From the NCBI RefSeq assembly GCF_000143415.4, contig NW_003314280.1:558001-622000 (forward strand): DNA of 64,000 bases, in the 5' to 3' direction. This document shows positions 46,610 to 60,060 of the stretch, in pieces. The stretch comes from Selaginella moellendorffii (Eukaryota; Plantae; Lycopodiophyta). The notes below the pieces were generated by a model. It had not been told where the DNA came from and ran no database searches. It saw only the letters and a list, made by a program, of their open reading frames with translations. Both the position numbers and the translations under genes were made by a program. Position 1 is the stretch's first letter, and each line of letters begins with the position of its first letter.

Positions 46610-48095
46610 TCAAGTATCTGTATGGATCAGTCTCTCTAGGACAAGCTCGAGAACTTTTGATGCGTCCACGGTCCAGGCTACATCGACATGGGGCCTCCCA
46701 ACCCACGGATTCAGGCCGTTCCACCTACAGTGACAAGCTCGTTATACTTGGCAACAGAAGTGAGAAAGACATGGAGAAACAACAAACTTCTTAAGTCCCA
46801 TGTCGAACAGTGTGTATCCCCTACAAACTCCCAAAGTTTCCACCCGCAACGCTCCGGATTTATAAGAAAAGTAGGATGGTGCGATCAGAGCAGCCAAACA
46901 CGTAGGGCCATGAACATATATGCCTGCGAATGCCGTCTGGTTTGAGAACAAACAAGAATAGCTTTTACCATCGAAGAGATCCGACTTCTTGTGCCATTCT
47001 CTGTAGAGTTTGCACATCTCGTGCAGAGACCTTTTAGATTCCGTTGAGGAGTCACTCAGCTTGGACAAGTCGCGCCCTGCCAGTACGAATGGAGGAAGCT
47101 TAGAAACCGTGCAGTGTTTGAACAAAGATAGTTTTCCACCTTCCAAGACGACTTGAGTGCTGACGTTGATTCCAATCACGGTGATGCGAGCTCCGGACGA
47201 GAAAACCATGTCGGCAGCCTCTGGATCACAAATTACCTGTGTGACGATCAATCAACGCAACATACACACTCTCAAGTACCGTAAGGACTTACATTGGCTT
47301 CTGACGCTGGATTCGCGTTTCCACTCGAGAAAAAGGAACCTCCCAGCACAACTACACGAGCGACCAGCTTCACAACACACTCCTCCTTTTGAAACGCCTT
47401 CAAGAAAGAGAGAAGAGGCGTCACAAGAGCCACAAGGAAAAAATCTACACCTGGGAGAGATTCGTAAGCGGCCCAAGTGCGACAATTGTGATCTCCCCTG
47501 GATACTTCGAGACTGTGTCCACGAGAAAGTCGCATGCACTCATCGCAGATTTTTTCGTGGCTGGTTCTGCCGTGGCAATGTTTCCAAGCCCATCCAGGCC
47601 ATTTGCAAAGTCTTGAATGTATGGAACTCCTCCCTGCAAAGTCCAGCCTTAAGGTGAGAGAAACAAACAAAAACTTGTCAAGAACTTACTGCCATAGGCT
47701 TGATATTTCCTTCCGCGACTGGTACATGTGTCGATCCCATCACTTCAAGCTGGTAGATCGTAGTGTCATATACTTATAGGAGAAAAGAAAAAACCAAGAA
47801 TAAAAGAACAAGGGAAACAAAGAAACCAGATGGAGAGCGTTTCTTGTCACATCGGGAGTGTGGGCGCTTCCAAAGATGGTTGTGATTCCAATCACTTCCA
47901 CTTCCGGGGAACGAAGAGCCATGATGATCGCCATAGCTGCATCTGAAAACAAACCACAGTATCAAAAACCAAAGCCCAAACCGAAGAAAAAAGAAAAAAC
48001 TAGCTCTTACCGATGCCTGGATCGGCGTCGATAATGATCTTCGTCTTCCTGGATCGCCCAAAAGCAATGCCTTCATCGTCGCACCGCTCAGGCAT
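46610..48095 (-). CDS. Inosine/uridine-preferring nucleoside hydrolase family protein with altered active site
   Basis: KIIIDADPGID, IGITTIFG, GLDGLGN, ALGPLTNL, VVLGG...GNANPASEAN, DPEAAD, RWNGLNPW. Confidence 0.92.
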
Positions 48096-48210
48096 TTGAT
48101 TGCGCTTTTCAGAACACCGTGGGTTAAACCAAAGCCTGTATATATTTCATTTAACCAGTTCGTTTTTGCGTTTTTCCGTGTCGTCTAACAAAACTTCGGC
48201 TCTACAGTAG

Positions 48211-49735
48211 CTATTCCTTCTGCGGCCTCCGGCGAGGAGGAATTCCCAGCCACAGCTTCATCCCGTCGTAAACCACAAATCCAATCGCCACCGAAGGTAC
48301 GATCTACAGCGACGAAGATAAAAAATGAAAGAACAGAGAAGGACCCAGCCAGACCTTGAGGTAGTTTATAGTCACACCCGAGAACGTTTGCTTCCAGCCT
48401 TGGTTCCGCACCACCGAAGAGAGAGCGTCCAAGGTTCCCTTGAATGCTTTCTCCTGCGTCCCACTCGCGGGTGCTGGCTGGACCTGTGTTTCGAAAAGAC
48501 AATCAATCGTCACAAAGCAAGACAACGTTGCTAAAGCTTTACCTGCATCTGCCGCCGAACAACGTCCAAGGGATACGTGAAAGTTTGTCCCACCAGACCC
48601 GCCACCGCTCCACACGCGAGTTTCGCGAAGAGAGAGTTTTCGTGCTCGCTAGACAGATGACCTTGCAGGCTTTCGTACAGGTAGAACTTGAGCCCCGCGT
48701 AAGGCAGAATTCCATACAGCGTTGGGCCTGGAAATCGAGATTAGAATGAAGGAAGCTCTGGAGGTTGCTGGAGGCTCTTACATAGTCCACGATACAACCC
48801 ACGGATCCCGCTTTGCCTGTACACCGACTGGAAGACGCTACCAAGATCGCTATAAGTAGCGTGCGGATTTGTCGCCTGCGTGACACAAGAGTGGGAAGTT
48901 AAGTATGATGCTACGATGCAGCGACGATGCAACCTGGTAAGCTAATCTGGTACGAGCAAGATCCAAAGGATATGTACAAAGAACAGCGGTACCTCCTGCC
49001 AAAGATCCGGCGAAAAGGTGAACGGAAGGCCCGGCAGAGGGACACTTGTCGACTAACCATTGACGGTATCTCTCGTACGTCATGAAATGCAATGCCGCGT
49101 AAGGAACTATCCTTATCACGGCTGCTCCGTTGCCTCTGCCAAAATACACAACGTCAGCTTCACAGCACAGAGAAAAACACTCTCAATAGTACTTCCATCC
49201 AATCAGCTAAAACATGAAAACTCGCAACAGGCTTTCAATGCAACATAGATTAAGGAAGCGAGGACAAATCATGTCCAGACAAAGCACTTTCGACCAATAA
49301 TCTATGACTTCCAATCAAACTAGCAGGAAGAAGACTTCTTTTCGTTTTTCTCAGACAAACAAACAGAAGCAAAACAGAAAAGAATCGCGATGCACCTGTA
49401 GAGGCCCCAGAAGCCTTCGGTCTTATGAATGTGTCTCAACGATCGCAAAATTCCCATGCTCTGGAAATTGCCAAGCCGGGTCTGCCACAAAAAAGATAAA
49501 AATAAAAAAAATCCTCGTCGATTCCAAAACAAAGAGTGGAAAGAAGAGAAATATTCGCAAGTACCTGGAAAAGAATCTTGACACGCTCCAGAGGCGCCAC
49601 GGCGGTCTTGGCGAAGCCGCCCGCGATGCCCCCGGCGATGAATTCCCTCATGTAGATCGGCATGGAGTCGCGGAGGAGCACCACGCCCTTGGTGTCGCTG
49701 GCGCCATTGAGATTGAGCTCCGCTTGCCCCGTCAT
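48211..49735 (-). CDS. COAC: Mitochondrial carrier, CoA transporter CoAc1/CoAc2 type
   Basis: [83 protein letters not shown]. Confidence 0.93.
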
Positions 49736-49904
49736 GGCGATGGCGCTGGCGTTGGCGCTGTGCCTGCGCCCTCGGCTCCCACATTCGAAGAATTAGGGTT
49801 AAAGAGGAGATTTTAGGGATTTTTGCCCCTTGTGTTAGGGTTCTATGGAAGCAGCAGCTCGAAGCGAAGGGAGCACGAGCTCGGCGTCCTCGGAGCCTCA
49901 ATCC

Positions 49905-51095
49905 ATGCTCGCGCAGGTAGAAGTCAATCCCTCTCATTCTCTCAAGCATCTCTTTCACAGGGGGACGAGCCTCTGATTAGGGCTGCGGAATCCAGAGTCA
50001 CAGACATTCTCCAGCAGTTTGTGAGAGATGTGGAGACCCGGATTGCGTCGTCGCTCAAGGAGGCGGCCAGCGACGTGGTGTCGCATTTGGGAAAGGAGGC
50101 GGCATCGAGATTAGTCGCTGCCGAGAGGAAGGTGGCGTTTCTGGAGCAGGAGCTCGTCGGCGCCAAGGAGCAAGCCTTGTCGATGCTGCTCCGGCTCAAG
50201 CATCACACTGATTCTCAGGTGATGTAGGTAATTCTCGCTAGAAATCCCCGTGCTGTGCTGAAGCTCTTGGAGCTTTTGCTTCTTTTCTTTGCAGATTTTG
50301 GATCTCGAGAAGCTCCTCGTGGCTGAGAGGAGACGAGCCGACGATGCCGAAGCCAAAGTCGCGGCTTTGCACGAGACGCTGAGGCGTGCCAAGAGAAAAG
50401 GTGGAGGAGAATCTACGAGTGGAAGAGGAGTAAAGCACTCCCACTCTGGAGAGGCGACAGTGAACCAGGAGGAGATGTCCGACAGCCTCGCGCTCATAGC
50501 CGGTGTGGCCTGCGACGTGATGCAGCAGCCCAGGAACAACAACGAACAGTCCGACCAAGACAACGATTGTTCTTCGCTCTCGGAAAAGCTGAGAAACTCG
50601 GAGGAGCTGGAGGGTGACGAGCGCGAGAGCCCAAGCCACAACGCCAGCGTCGCCGCCAACGTCAGCACACGGAAGAGGAAGAGGAAGTCGAGATCTATTG
50701 CGGAGGAGCGGCAGCGGCAGCCCGAGGCCTCGGCGGACGAGCACAAGAGCGAGGACGAGGAGGACAACGACGACGACGATGCCTCGGTCGAGAACGGGGA
50801 TTCGAGCGAGAGGAAGAGGCCGGCCTCTGCGCGGCAGCAGCGAAACTCCAAGCGGAAGAGCAGGCAGATTTCTACGTCGGAGAAGCTGACCCGGTTGATG
50901 GTCGGGAGCAAACGAGCTCGGGGAAAGGCCGGTCGAGCGGACAAGAAATCGGCCTCGGTGCCCGAGTCTTCCTCTCGGGATAGCCGGAGACTAATGCAAG
51001 GTGCTCGCCAGGTACACGAAACCAGAACGGTGCTTTAGCTTGGCTGACTTTCGTTTTTCAAGCAGCTCTTCTCGATGGCCGAGAAGAAATGGTGA
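49905..51095 (+). CDS. Conserved plant coiled-coil protein of unknown function
   Basis: EAASRLVAAERK...KEQALSMLLRLK and terminal DSRRLMQGARQ-LFS motifs; GT-AG introns. Confidence 0.8.
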
Positions 51096-51168
51096 TGGAC
51101 GAAACAAAGCTCAACTCGCGAGCAGTCAAGAGCAGCTAGAACGAACCCTCTCTAGCGAGGTCGTGGTG

Positions 51169-51621
51169 TCACTCGTAGAACTTTTGGACGGAGGCCTTTG
51201 GTCGCAGCACTTGGGACCTGAATTGAGATGTGGCTTTTGGATTCGAGAGGTACTTGTCGTATACATTTGGATCCGGTTTGAGATGATCATCGTGGACGCC
51301 TTCTTCTCCTTCGGCAGCTACACGGTCACAGAAAGCGAGTGAGATGATCGAAGAGAAGAAATCTCGCTTGCCATGATTGATGGTGCTGCTAAGTTTGTCG
51401 AGAGCACCATTGTCACCGTTCTCCGTAGGAGGCGGCGGAGAGTTGTTCTTGGGTCGCGAAGAAAAGAGAATCACTGTGAATGTGAGAGCACCACCGATCA
51501 AGCCACCGCCGCTTCTCGTCGCGATCATTACGATCGTTGCGACACTGGCCGCTGCAAGCCACGGTGCACGGATAGTAGGGTTTATGGAAAGTATGAATTG
51601 GAGGAGATCGTGGCCGTCCAT
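51169..51621 (-). CDS. Hypothetical small membrane protein (150 aa)
   Basis: Single ORF with two hydrophobic segments, head-to-head with the roadblock gene. Confidence 0.5.
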   Translation of the reverse strand: MDGHDLLQFILSINPTIRAPWLAAASVATIVMIATRSGGGLIGGALTFTVILFSSRPKNNSPPPPTENGDNGALDKLSSTINHGKRDFFSSIISLAFCDRVAAEGEEGVHDDHLKPDPNVYDKYLSNPKATSQFRSQVLRPKASVQKFYE

Positions 51622-51727
51622 TCTGTTTCCCTTGCCTAGTTGGCAAATCCGACGTGGCTCGTACTTTCAGCTGAATCGGCTAACCACCAGGAGCCCTAAA
51701 ATTCCGTGGAGGAGCCATGCTACTATC

Positions 51728-52252
51728 ATGGTGCGTGACTTCCCCTCTCTTTTTTCCCTCTTTGATTCTCACAGGGAGGATCTTTCATAGAGTGAAGCTC
51801 AAGGGGCATTGAGTCGAATCAATGGCTTGCAGGTATGGAGATTGCTCGATCGCACAGGCATTTCTTATTGGACTTCCACTTGTGTAGGATGTGATTGGAA
51901 CGATGATTGTAGCAGCGAATGGAAATGTATTGCGAACTACACTGCCTCAGGTAAGAGGAGAGATCAATCACATCCGGATCAAGGAGTTCTCCCACCTTGT
52001 GTCTACTAGGATCTGGCTTTCAAGTATGCGACGAAGATCCCGAGCTTGGCAGCCATGGCTCGCAGCGGCGTTCGCGAGCTCGACCCCCAGAATGATCTCC
52101 AGATGCTGAGGATAAAGACGCTGCTCCACGAGATAATTGTCATAGCCGAGCCTCTGTTTACGCTCTTGGTGGTCCAGAATTGCAAGGAGAAAGACCCCAC
52201 GCCCGAGAGCTCTTCTTCACCCGACGAGGACAAAGAATCGTCCAGCGAGTAG
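51728..52252 (+). CDS. DYNLRB: Dynein light chain roadblock (LC7)
   Basis: Spliced MSEAQGALSRINGLQDVIGTMIV...LRTTL...ARSGVRELDPQNDLQMLRIKTLLHEII. Confidence 0.93.
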
Positions 52253-52366
52253 CTCGACCGTCTCCACTAGAAGTTTTCTCGAGAAAAAAATGCACCTGTA
52301 CACTGTTGCTTCATCGTCGTCATGGTTTGGAAATCCTGTAGAGAAAGCCACTCACAATGACGCGAA

Positions 52367-53725
52367 TCAAATCGAAAGCATGTTATACTTCTCTGGAAGG
52401 CGAGATTGTTGGTCTAGAGCTTGTCGAAACTCGGCGATCAAATCTCCAGCTCGAGCCAGGCCTTCGAGACGAGGACGCGGTGAGCTCCTATCACCCAGTG
52501 TCTTCACTAGAGCGCTCCCGATGATAACTCCGTTGGCCCCCCACTTGGCAATCTACACGAAGTGAGATTAGAGAGTTCTACGAGATGTTGCTCTTGTTCT
52601 TGTTCTTACTTGCGTTGCATGCTCGGGTCTTGAGATCCCAAACCCAACAGCGATGGGAATGTCGGTAAGCTGTGGCAGATACACTCGAATTAGCACGAAG
52701 AACACCGGCACTGTGGATACAAACCTCTTTCAACTCCTTCAGAAGGACCTCGACTTGGCCGTTGACAGTGGGACGAGGCCCAGTTAGTCCGGTGGAGCTC
52801 ACCTGGATTGGATCATGAGATGTTACACACAAGATTTAAGTAAGAAAAGTCGAAGCTCTCACCAGATAAATGAAGCCCCGTGAGAGTGCCGCTATCTCTT
52901 GCAACCTTCTCCTGGAACTCGTGGGTGTAGCCAACAGTACCTGTCCAAATCCAAAGTGATTCATGAGTTCCAACTTCCAAAGCAAAGTTCTAAAAGATTC
53001 TAGTGTAAAAAATGTTTCTCACGAGCTCAATGTCGTAGTCTGCGGCTAGCAGAGCAAACGCCCGAGTTGCTTCGGGTGGAAGATCCGGAACGATAAGGCC
53101 TGAAGAATCTCCAAGATGTAAATTTCGTTGCGATGAACGAGAGATTTCATACCAGAAACATCAGCTGCCTTGATGTCTCGAAAGAAACGTTGAGCACCAC
53201 ACTCGCTTATGGTCTCAAAGTACGTCAATAAAACCAGTGGCGAAGACAGCGTCGGGGCAACCTCGCAGACCATGGACAGAACAGATTCTAGATTCGTGCC
53301 GTTTTCTGTCGACTTCGTAACCGAATTCTGGATGAACCATTGACAAAGAGAAAAAAACACATAAGAAAACAAAATTTGAGAAGAACGATGATTGTAGAAA
53401 TCTTACGCGTATTATTGGACCGTCCGCGAAAGGATTTGAGCAAGGGATTCCAAGCTCGATCACATCGGCACCTCCGGCAGCTAGCAGCCGGAGTGCGTCG
53501 GCAGTAGTATCGAGACTTGGGCAGCCAGCGGTGAGGTATGGGATCAAAGCCCGCTGCAAGGAAACAGAACAATGGGGCTTTTCAGCCAACATTTTTAAGC
53601 ACTCCTACCTTGTTTTTCATCTGAAGTTGTGAAAGTTTCAGGCCCACTTTTCCCAGTTTTTTATGATTATCGATCGCAATGCCATGGGCATGGGGAGCAC
53701 AAGAAGGTAAGGTTAGCAAATCCAT
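52367..53725 (-). CDS. TSA: Tryptophan synthase alpha-like protein (divergent; possible indole-3-glycerol phosphate lyase)
   Basis: [68 protein letters not shown]. Confidence 0.92.
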
Positions 53726-53989
53726 CAAATGTTTGTGCATATATTCTTTCGATGAGCTCTTCTTATAAAGTGTGAGGCTTGTACTGTATTAGAACGCTGT
53801 TTTACACGAGACTTGTTACTTGAGCAAACGTGGAAAATATGAAACAATATGAGTGGCTGTTGATGTTTCAACAACCAATTGAAAACTGATGGAAGTGTTT
53901 ACATTGTTTTCAAATGGCCATATGTGAAAATGATATAAGCCATTTTCGTCTAGAGCAACAAGAAAGTTTGGTATATTTGAACAGCACCA

Positions 53990-54095
53990 TTCTTTTGTCT
54001 CTTTATATATGGCAAATCATTTTTTTATTAACACTTGCCCCACCACATATGGTATATATGGCAACCAATTCGTTATTAACACTTGCCCAAAGAGG
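53990..54095 (+). pseudogene. Possible Oxa1/ALB3-family gene fragment
   Basis: MVYMATNSLLTLAQ resembles the VYWxTNxxxxLxQ motif; isolated. Confidence 0.3.
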
Positions 54096-54198
54096 AAGGT
54101 TATATAACACCACATATGGCAGGATTAGGATTGGCTTCTTTTTAGGTAAAGTATGAAAAAGACTTCGATAAAAGGTGGGTAAAACTTGTGAAATAGTC

Positions 54199-54516
54199 AA
54201 GTCTTGTAAATATGTTTTTGGTTTGCTTAAGCAAACATGTATGGTAGTGGATATATTTAGAATATATTTGAATATTCTAGGATATTTTATATCTAACGGT
54301 TGTTATTCATTTAGATTAATATTGTATTTATAATTTATAAACTTTCTTAAACCTTTACAAACTCAAGTCTTCTAAATATTTTTTTGGTTTGCTTAAGCAA
54401 ACTTGAGTGGATATACCTAGAATATATTTAGATATTCTAGGATATTCTATCATCTAATGATTGTTATTCATTTAAATTAATATTTTATTTATAATTTATA
54501 AAATTTCTTAAACCTT
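54199..54516. repeat. Two-copy tandem repeat of about 165 bp, AT-rich
   Basis: AAGTCTT...TTTGGTTTGCTTAAGCAAAC...TTCTTAAACCTT occurs twice. Confidence 0.85.
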
Positions 54517-54959
54517 ATCTTTTTATTCTATCATTTGATGGTTGATATGCAATAAGATTAATCTTGTGTTTATGAATTACAAACATACTTATAATTATAA
54601 ACTTTATTTGATCAATTGGATTAATAAGTAATTATAATACTATTATTAAGCAAACCAAGTGTTGCTACATACAACACATAGCAATTTATTTTCATTTATG
54701 ATCATGCATAAGCATGCATTTTCATCTTGCCACATATACATATTTTTCCATCTAGTGCCACGTATGGAATATAGCTCAGCTTCGATGCAATAGAGCTAAG
54801 TATACCCCCACTCTTAGGACATTTAAATATTAATTTCCAATATTGATATATTTAATCACTAATAAAAGTTCAACTAAAGAACAGTTTCGATACCAAATTA
54901 TAAGTGATTAATTTTTTATTCTAATTTAATCATTTAACCACATGTTTGACCGCATAAAG

Positions 54960-55800
54960 GAGTCTCACTCACAACCTCTATAATTCCTTATCCCGACTTG
55001 AGGACTTACTACCCTCTGAAGGGTCACTTCAAAGTAACACCATCTTACACTTGGTCCAAGTGCTTTATGTGTCTAGTTACATTATAAACACCCAAGGGTA
55101 TTTTTGACATATCAATTTATAAACTTTCATAAATTTATGTTTATCTAGCCTTAGGCTTCTTAGTGGTTATATCATCAACCACTATATAGATGTAACCTTC
55201 TTTAATCACACTAACCTTTTCTGACCAAATTTGTTCCACTAAAGTTCAACTTATATACTCTCCTTATTATACTTTTGGAACCCCCACTTAAAAGATAATT
55301 ATTTTGGGTTTCATTGCATGACTTGTATTAGTAATCATACTTAGTCTTGCACTCGTACCCAGGGCCAAACTAGTTCCACTAAAGTTCAACCTTTATACTC
55401 TCCCTATTATACTTTTGGAATCCCCACTTATAAGATAATTGCTTTGGGTTTTCATTGCATGACTTGTATTAGTATTCAGATTTAGTCTCAAACTCATATT
55501 TAGAATTGGTTTTAGTCTCGATCTTGAACTCCATCTTGAATTGGTCTCAACCTCCATCTTAGACTTGGTCTTAATACTTTCACGTGTTATAACACTTGCA
55601 ATATGTTGGTCTTTTTTATGTCCCTTTCTAAAGACTTGTTGATTAATCACTTCATACTCATTCCTTTAGCACTTTTTTAGGAGTTCCACTTTTCAAATTA
55701 AAGCTTTTAATTTAAATATGTTATGCTAATTGGATTTTCTCTTTGGCCACTGCCATGTAGCCCACTTTTGGCTCCACTTTGGGGCTTAGGGATTTATATT
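54960..55800 (-). repeat. Decayed LTR related to 10977-12497
   Basis: Shared TGGTCCAAGTGCT and TGGCTCCACTTTGGGGC motifs; internal about 135-bp duplication 55233-55490. Confidence 0.7.
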
Positions 55801-55805
55801 TTAAT

Positions 55806-55922
55806 TGTAAATTTCTAAATTTAAATTTCCCAGGAGGTCACCCATATTCAAACTTAAGGACATTTAACCCCAAGTATTTCAAAACCCTTAACCGATTAGG
55901 AAAAAGGGTGCACTTTTGTTCA
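55806..55922 (-). repeat. Cassandra-like LTR fragment
   Basis: Similar to 10659-10785; TTCCCAGGAGGTCACCC (55827-55843) is the reverse complement of the 5S C-box region GGGTGACCTCCTGGGAA. Confidence 0.75.
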
Positions 55923-58399
55923 GTTGATCAAGGTTTAGGCAAAATCTCTATGTGCATAGGTGATATAACTATCATTCCTTTGTGTTTTAGACATGTTATG
56001 TTATCCAGACATTATTCTTGTGTTGTGAGATTTAAAGGTTACATCAGATTGTTGGTTAGGGGTTTTTATTTCTTATGTAATAAGCAAAGCTACTATATAT
56101 TATAACACGAGAAGATAGAGGAGAAGGTGTAACATGAAGAGATGGAAGAGGTGTTTTCATGCAAAAAAGTGCAATGTAAGGAGATGGAGGAGGAGTTTCT
56201 ATGCAAATGGTGAATAAAGAGTTTCATGTACAATGTAAAATCACTAACAAATAGAATTTATATAATTATAAAATAACCAAAGAGAACAACTTGAAAAACA
56301 ATTTATAAAGCTTTAAAATGCATGTTTTTGCTCTTCAAGTGCCTATGTCATGTCTAGATAGCATATACAAAAAAACAAAAGTCACGATTGCCTATGCATA
56401 AAAAGGTTTCACCCAAACTTTGGTCAATACATGCTCCTACTCTTTGTCGTATCCAAGATTGTGGGAAAGTTGTCACTTTCAGCTATATAGGAAGGAAGAG
56501 TGTAGTATAAAAGATAAAAAAACTTTATTAAATTTTATATGATATTTGCATCACATGTTTAAGTGCATTAGAAATAATATGTCATACTGATGTAGCAAAA
56601 CCCAATATTGACATGGCAAGACCTCATGCTATACTCATACATTTCAAATCATGTTTTAGTCCCTTGACAAAATGTAGTAATAATTGTTTTTATAATGTGA
56701 CATGAGTGTTTACTTTATGTATGCCTTTACTTTATCTTATATTTCTATTAACTATTAAATTTGTTACACTTTGAGATTAAGAGGTCCTTGGTTTGAATTT
56801 AGACTGAAACATACAATGGAAATTTAGTTTTTTCAAGAATATCATAGACCTTTTTGTTGCATTCTTGTAGGAAGAATGGAGTGAGTTTAACCTTTGATGC
56901 GGTGTTGGATGAGAATGAAAGTTGTGATTCTATGCATTATGGTTGCAATTGATTGTAGGGCATAGGTGTGAGGTCTTTTTTATAGGCTATATTATATTTT
57001 TATGTGTTAAGCCACTTGTTTTCTAGATTGTAATCATTGCCTTTCTCATCAAGGTATGGTGCTAATGCTATATCAATCCTATATATAAATCATTGTTGCA
57101 TTGAAGACTAAAAATAAGAGAATGTGTTGGTTTCTTTTGTTTCTCATAATATGTTTTATCTATGTTAATGGATGTCTTGAGCAATTACAACCTATGATCA
57201 CTTAAGCTTCCCTTAATAATGATCAACCACTCCACTTCTTAGTCGCTTCATCTTAAAAGCAAAATCCAAAAGATCAATTGCACAACAATAATGTTGTTTG
57301 ACGAGCTAGATAATAAATCAATGATCATAGAATTGTAGAACACTTGAAATGGAAGATTTTTGAGTAGACTAATAATAAAAAAATATAATAAGAATTCTGG
57401 ATAAAATGGTGAAAGTTATTAATTTCCAAGGAGTTTGATGGTAATAGAGATTCTTATAAACATTCTAGCATAATGAAATTAAAAATTAATCTCAATCAAT
57501 TTATTCACACTTATTTGGACGTCCCAAGGGGTTAAATTTTTTTTTTGGTAAAAATACTCTCAGTAAAAGAATTATCTTTCTAATGTAATGTTTTTCCTAA
57601 GTTTTTTCTTGACAAGCCAGATTTTGTCAAGAAAAAAAGATAAAAACCCATTAAGAGAAATACTTGTTAGTTATGATGTGTTTTATTCTTGTGACTTGCA
57701 AGATGGTCTATAATTAATTTCTGTTGCTTTTTATTAATTATGAGATCAATTAAAATCTATTGCATATTGGTAAGTGGTATGAGTGTCAAAGATGTTATTA
57801 GTAATCTTGAAACTCAGCTAGTGTTGTTAAACTTCTTAGATTACTAACTTATCACAAGCTTAGAAATATCATTCCACAAAAAACATAGGTTAAAAATTTT
57901 ATGTGGTGATTAAAAAATGTGTTGTAAAGATCTATGCATGTTAGCCAAATACAAATACACAATTTAGAGTGTGTCTTGCACTTAATCTTTACTTATTGTT
58001 ATAGGTAAGGAAGCATCCTAACCCAGGGTTCAATTTAATGGAAGAGGCTTAGAAATCCATGTAACATTGAAACATTATCTAAAGTGTTAATATTTACTAC
58101 AACAGTTTTGACTTTAAATTTTTACCTCAACCTCTTCAATTGGAGAAGTTCTAGTGACAGATAATATAAAATTTGCTCTTGCAAAGGTGGTCTTAAGTCT
58201 TGCATAAACTATAAAAAAAAAGAAAAAGAAAAAAAAAAGAAAAGTAAATTGATTATGAACCTGAAAGGGTATGAAAAAGTTCCAAAATCTAAGTGTACAT
58301 AATTTTAAATCCAAACATTCTAGTTTTTAGTATCTTAAAACAAGAGTTAAAGACTTAAGATCTAGAGAAGAAAAGCAAAGGGAAGAAGGAGATATTAGA

Positions 58400-58700
58400 A
58401 AGTTTGTAAAATGGGTTTTAAGGAAGAAATATGCTCCCAATTGGATAAAAGGAGAATCTATAATTGTCAAAACTATATAGCATGTCAAGTGGAAAAAAAT
58501 GACTTAACAAGAGGGAGGAAGTTTATCCATAAATGTTTAATGGTAGTAATTTATGAAGAAGATACAAGAGAAAACTTCTATAGAGTAGAACCTTATAGTG
58601 ATGCTTGCAAGCACAAGTGGGAGAGCCTTGAGGGGATGTATAAGAAGATCAAAAACTGCAATAGGAAAACATGTGTTCCAAACTTCCTCTTGCTTACATG
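58400..58700 (+). mobile_element. Possible Myb/SANT (Harbinger-type) DNA transposon relic
   Basis: DACKHKWESLEGMYKKIKN resembles CKxKWxxLxxxYKK; AT-rich decayed context. Confidence 0.35.
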
Positions 58701-59449
58701 TTTTTTTTTAATGTGATTGCAAATATTAAAAGTTTTAGAAGGCTAGATGCTCTAGAATTGTTCCAATATTATTTTATGCTTTTGCCCTTTCACTCTTTAG
58801 TTGTACACTTAGAAGTTACTCCATGCTCAAATTCTTTTCTTCCTTGGTTATATACTTGGGATTTTGATTTTATCCCTTTGTTTAGTAATTTAAAGCATTA
58901 AAACTTAATTTTTGCTCCATTGCCCTTGATATACAGGAAAGTGTGCCAAAGATCAAAGATCTTATAGAAAGAGATCTTTGATTTGGATAACCTATCAGAC
59001 ACACCATCTTTCTTTCCACTTGTAAAGGAATGGTCAATTCTTTTTTATAGCTTTTATTAGTTTTTCAAGTCTATTAGTGCCCACTTGGAAGCATAAGACC
59101 AATATGTACCAAATGGGGTAGAATTAACTATCTATACACTTTACACTCTCATGGATTTAAAGAGGCGGAAGGAGATGAAAACACAAGAGAATGAGAAGGA
59201 AGCTTTTATTGAGGTTTAAGCAGTTCACTAAGTTCACATCCTCATCAAAATTATTGATCTCCCTATAATAATTACTATTTTGGTTATGATAAGTTAAATA
59301 TATACCTTAAATTAGGTTATATACTAAACCTTCTATTCTTAACTATAAGGGGGAGGCCTGCTGGCCGTTGGATCCCAAGCCTGAGATTGACACAGCTTAG
59401 CTAACGATTGGCTAGTGCGAGAAAAAGAGAAATGTGACACATGTTGCAT

Positions 59450-60060
59450 TATCCTAGTCAGCTCATGGCAATTCAAGGTGGACCTCCCTTAATTTAGGGT
59501 GCTTGCATTGTGCTGGGCAACTCTCCTTGGAGCTATACATACCTCTATATCTCCTGGAAAAACTTCTAGCCCTGCTCAATCCATCCTGTGGAATCGCATA
59601 CCATGATAACAAAGAAGAATGTAAATCCATTCAGCTTAGTGCCCTCCTTTAGCAGCTTGCCAATGATCTCCACGACCTTGGCTGCATTGCCTTTGTAGCT
59701 ATAGCCTGCTATTAGTGTGTTCCACAAAACCATGTCCCTGGATATCACGGGGGAATCAAAGATGTGCTGAGCAATTCCACACTTGCCATAAGTACTGTTT
59801 GTGAAACTATTGCCTCTTGCAGGTCCCAGCATCAAATTCCCTTCTAGTTTCCAAATCCACCAAAGTCCTACAAGCCATCAGTAGCACCACTACAAATATT
59901 GGCAGTGTTTCTTTTAGCTCTATGCATTCAAAAACTTTAAAACCATCTTGCTCTCCCCTGTCTTAGCATATCCTAGTATGTCATGATGCTCTCATCTGGT
60001 TGAATACCTGAACATCCAACTTTGCATAAGTGTCAATCAGGGTGTTAGAGATTGGAGATC
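59450..60060 (-). pseudogene. PPR gene relic
   Basis: YGKCGIAQHIFD...RDMVLWNTLIAGY, NTLIDTYAKLD; stops and frameshifts. Confidence 0.75.

Noticed and set aside
50111-50944. 277-aa minus-strand Ser-rich ORF
   Set aside because: Antisense to the low-complexity exon of the plus-strand gene
31985-53725. Metabolic gene cluster (SAL1, 5-phosphatase, nucleoside hydrolase, CoA carrier, TSA)
   Set aside because: Unrelated pathways interspersed with housekeeping genes; ordinary compact gene space
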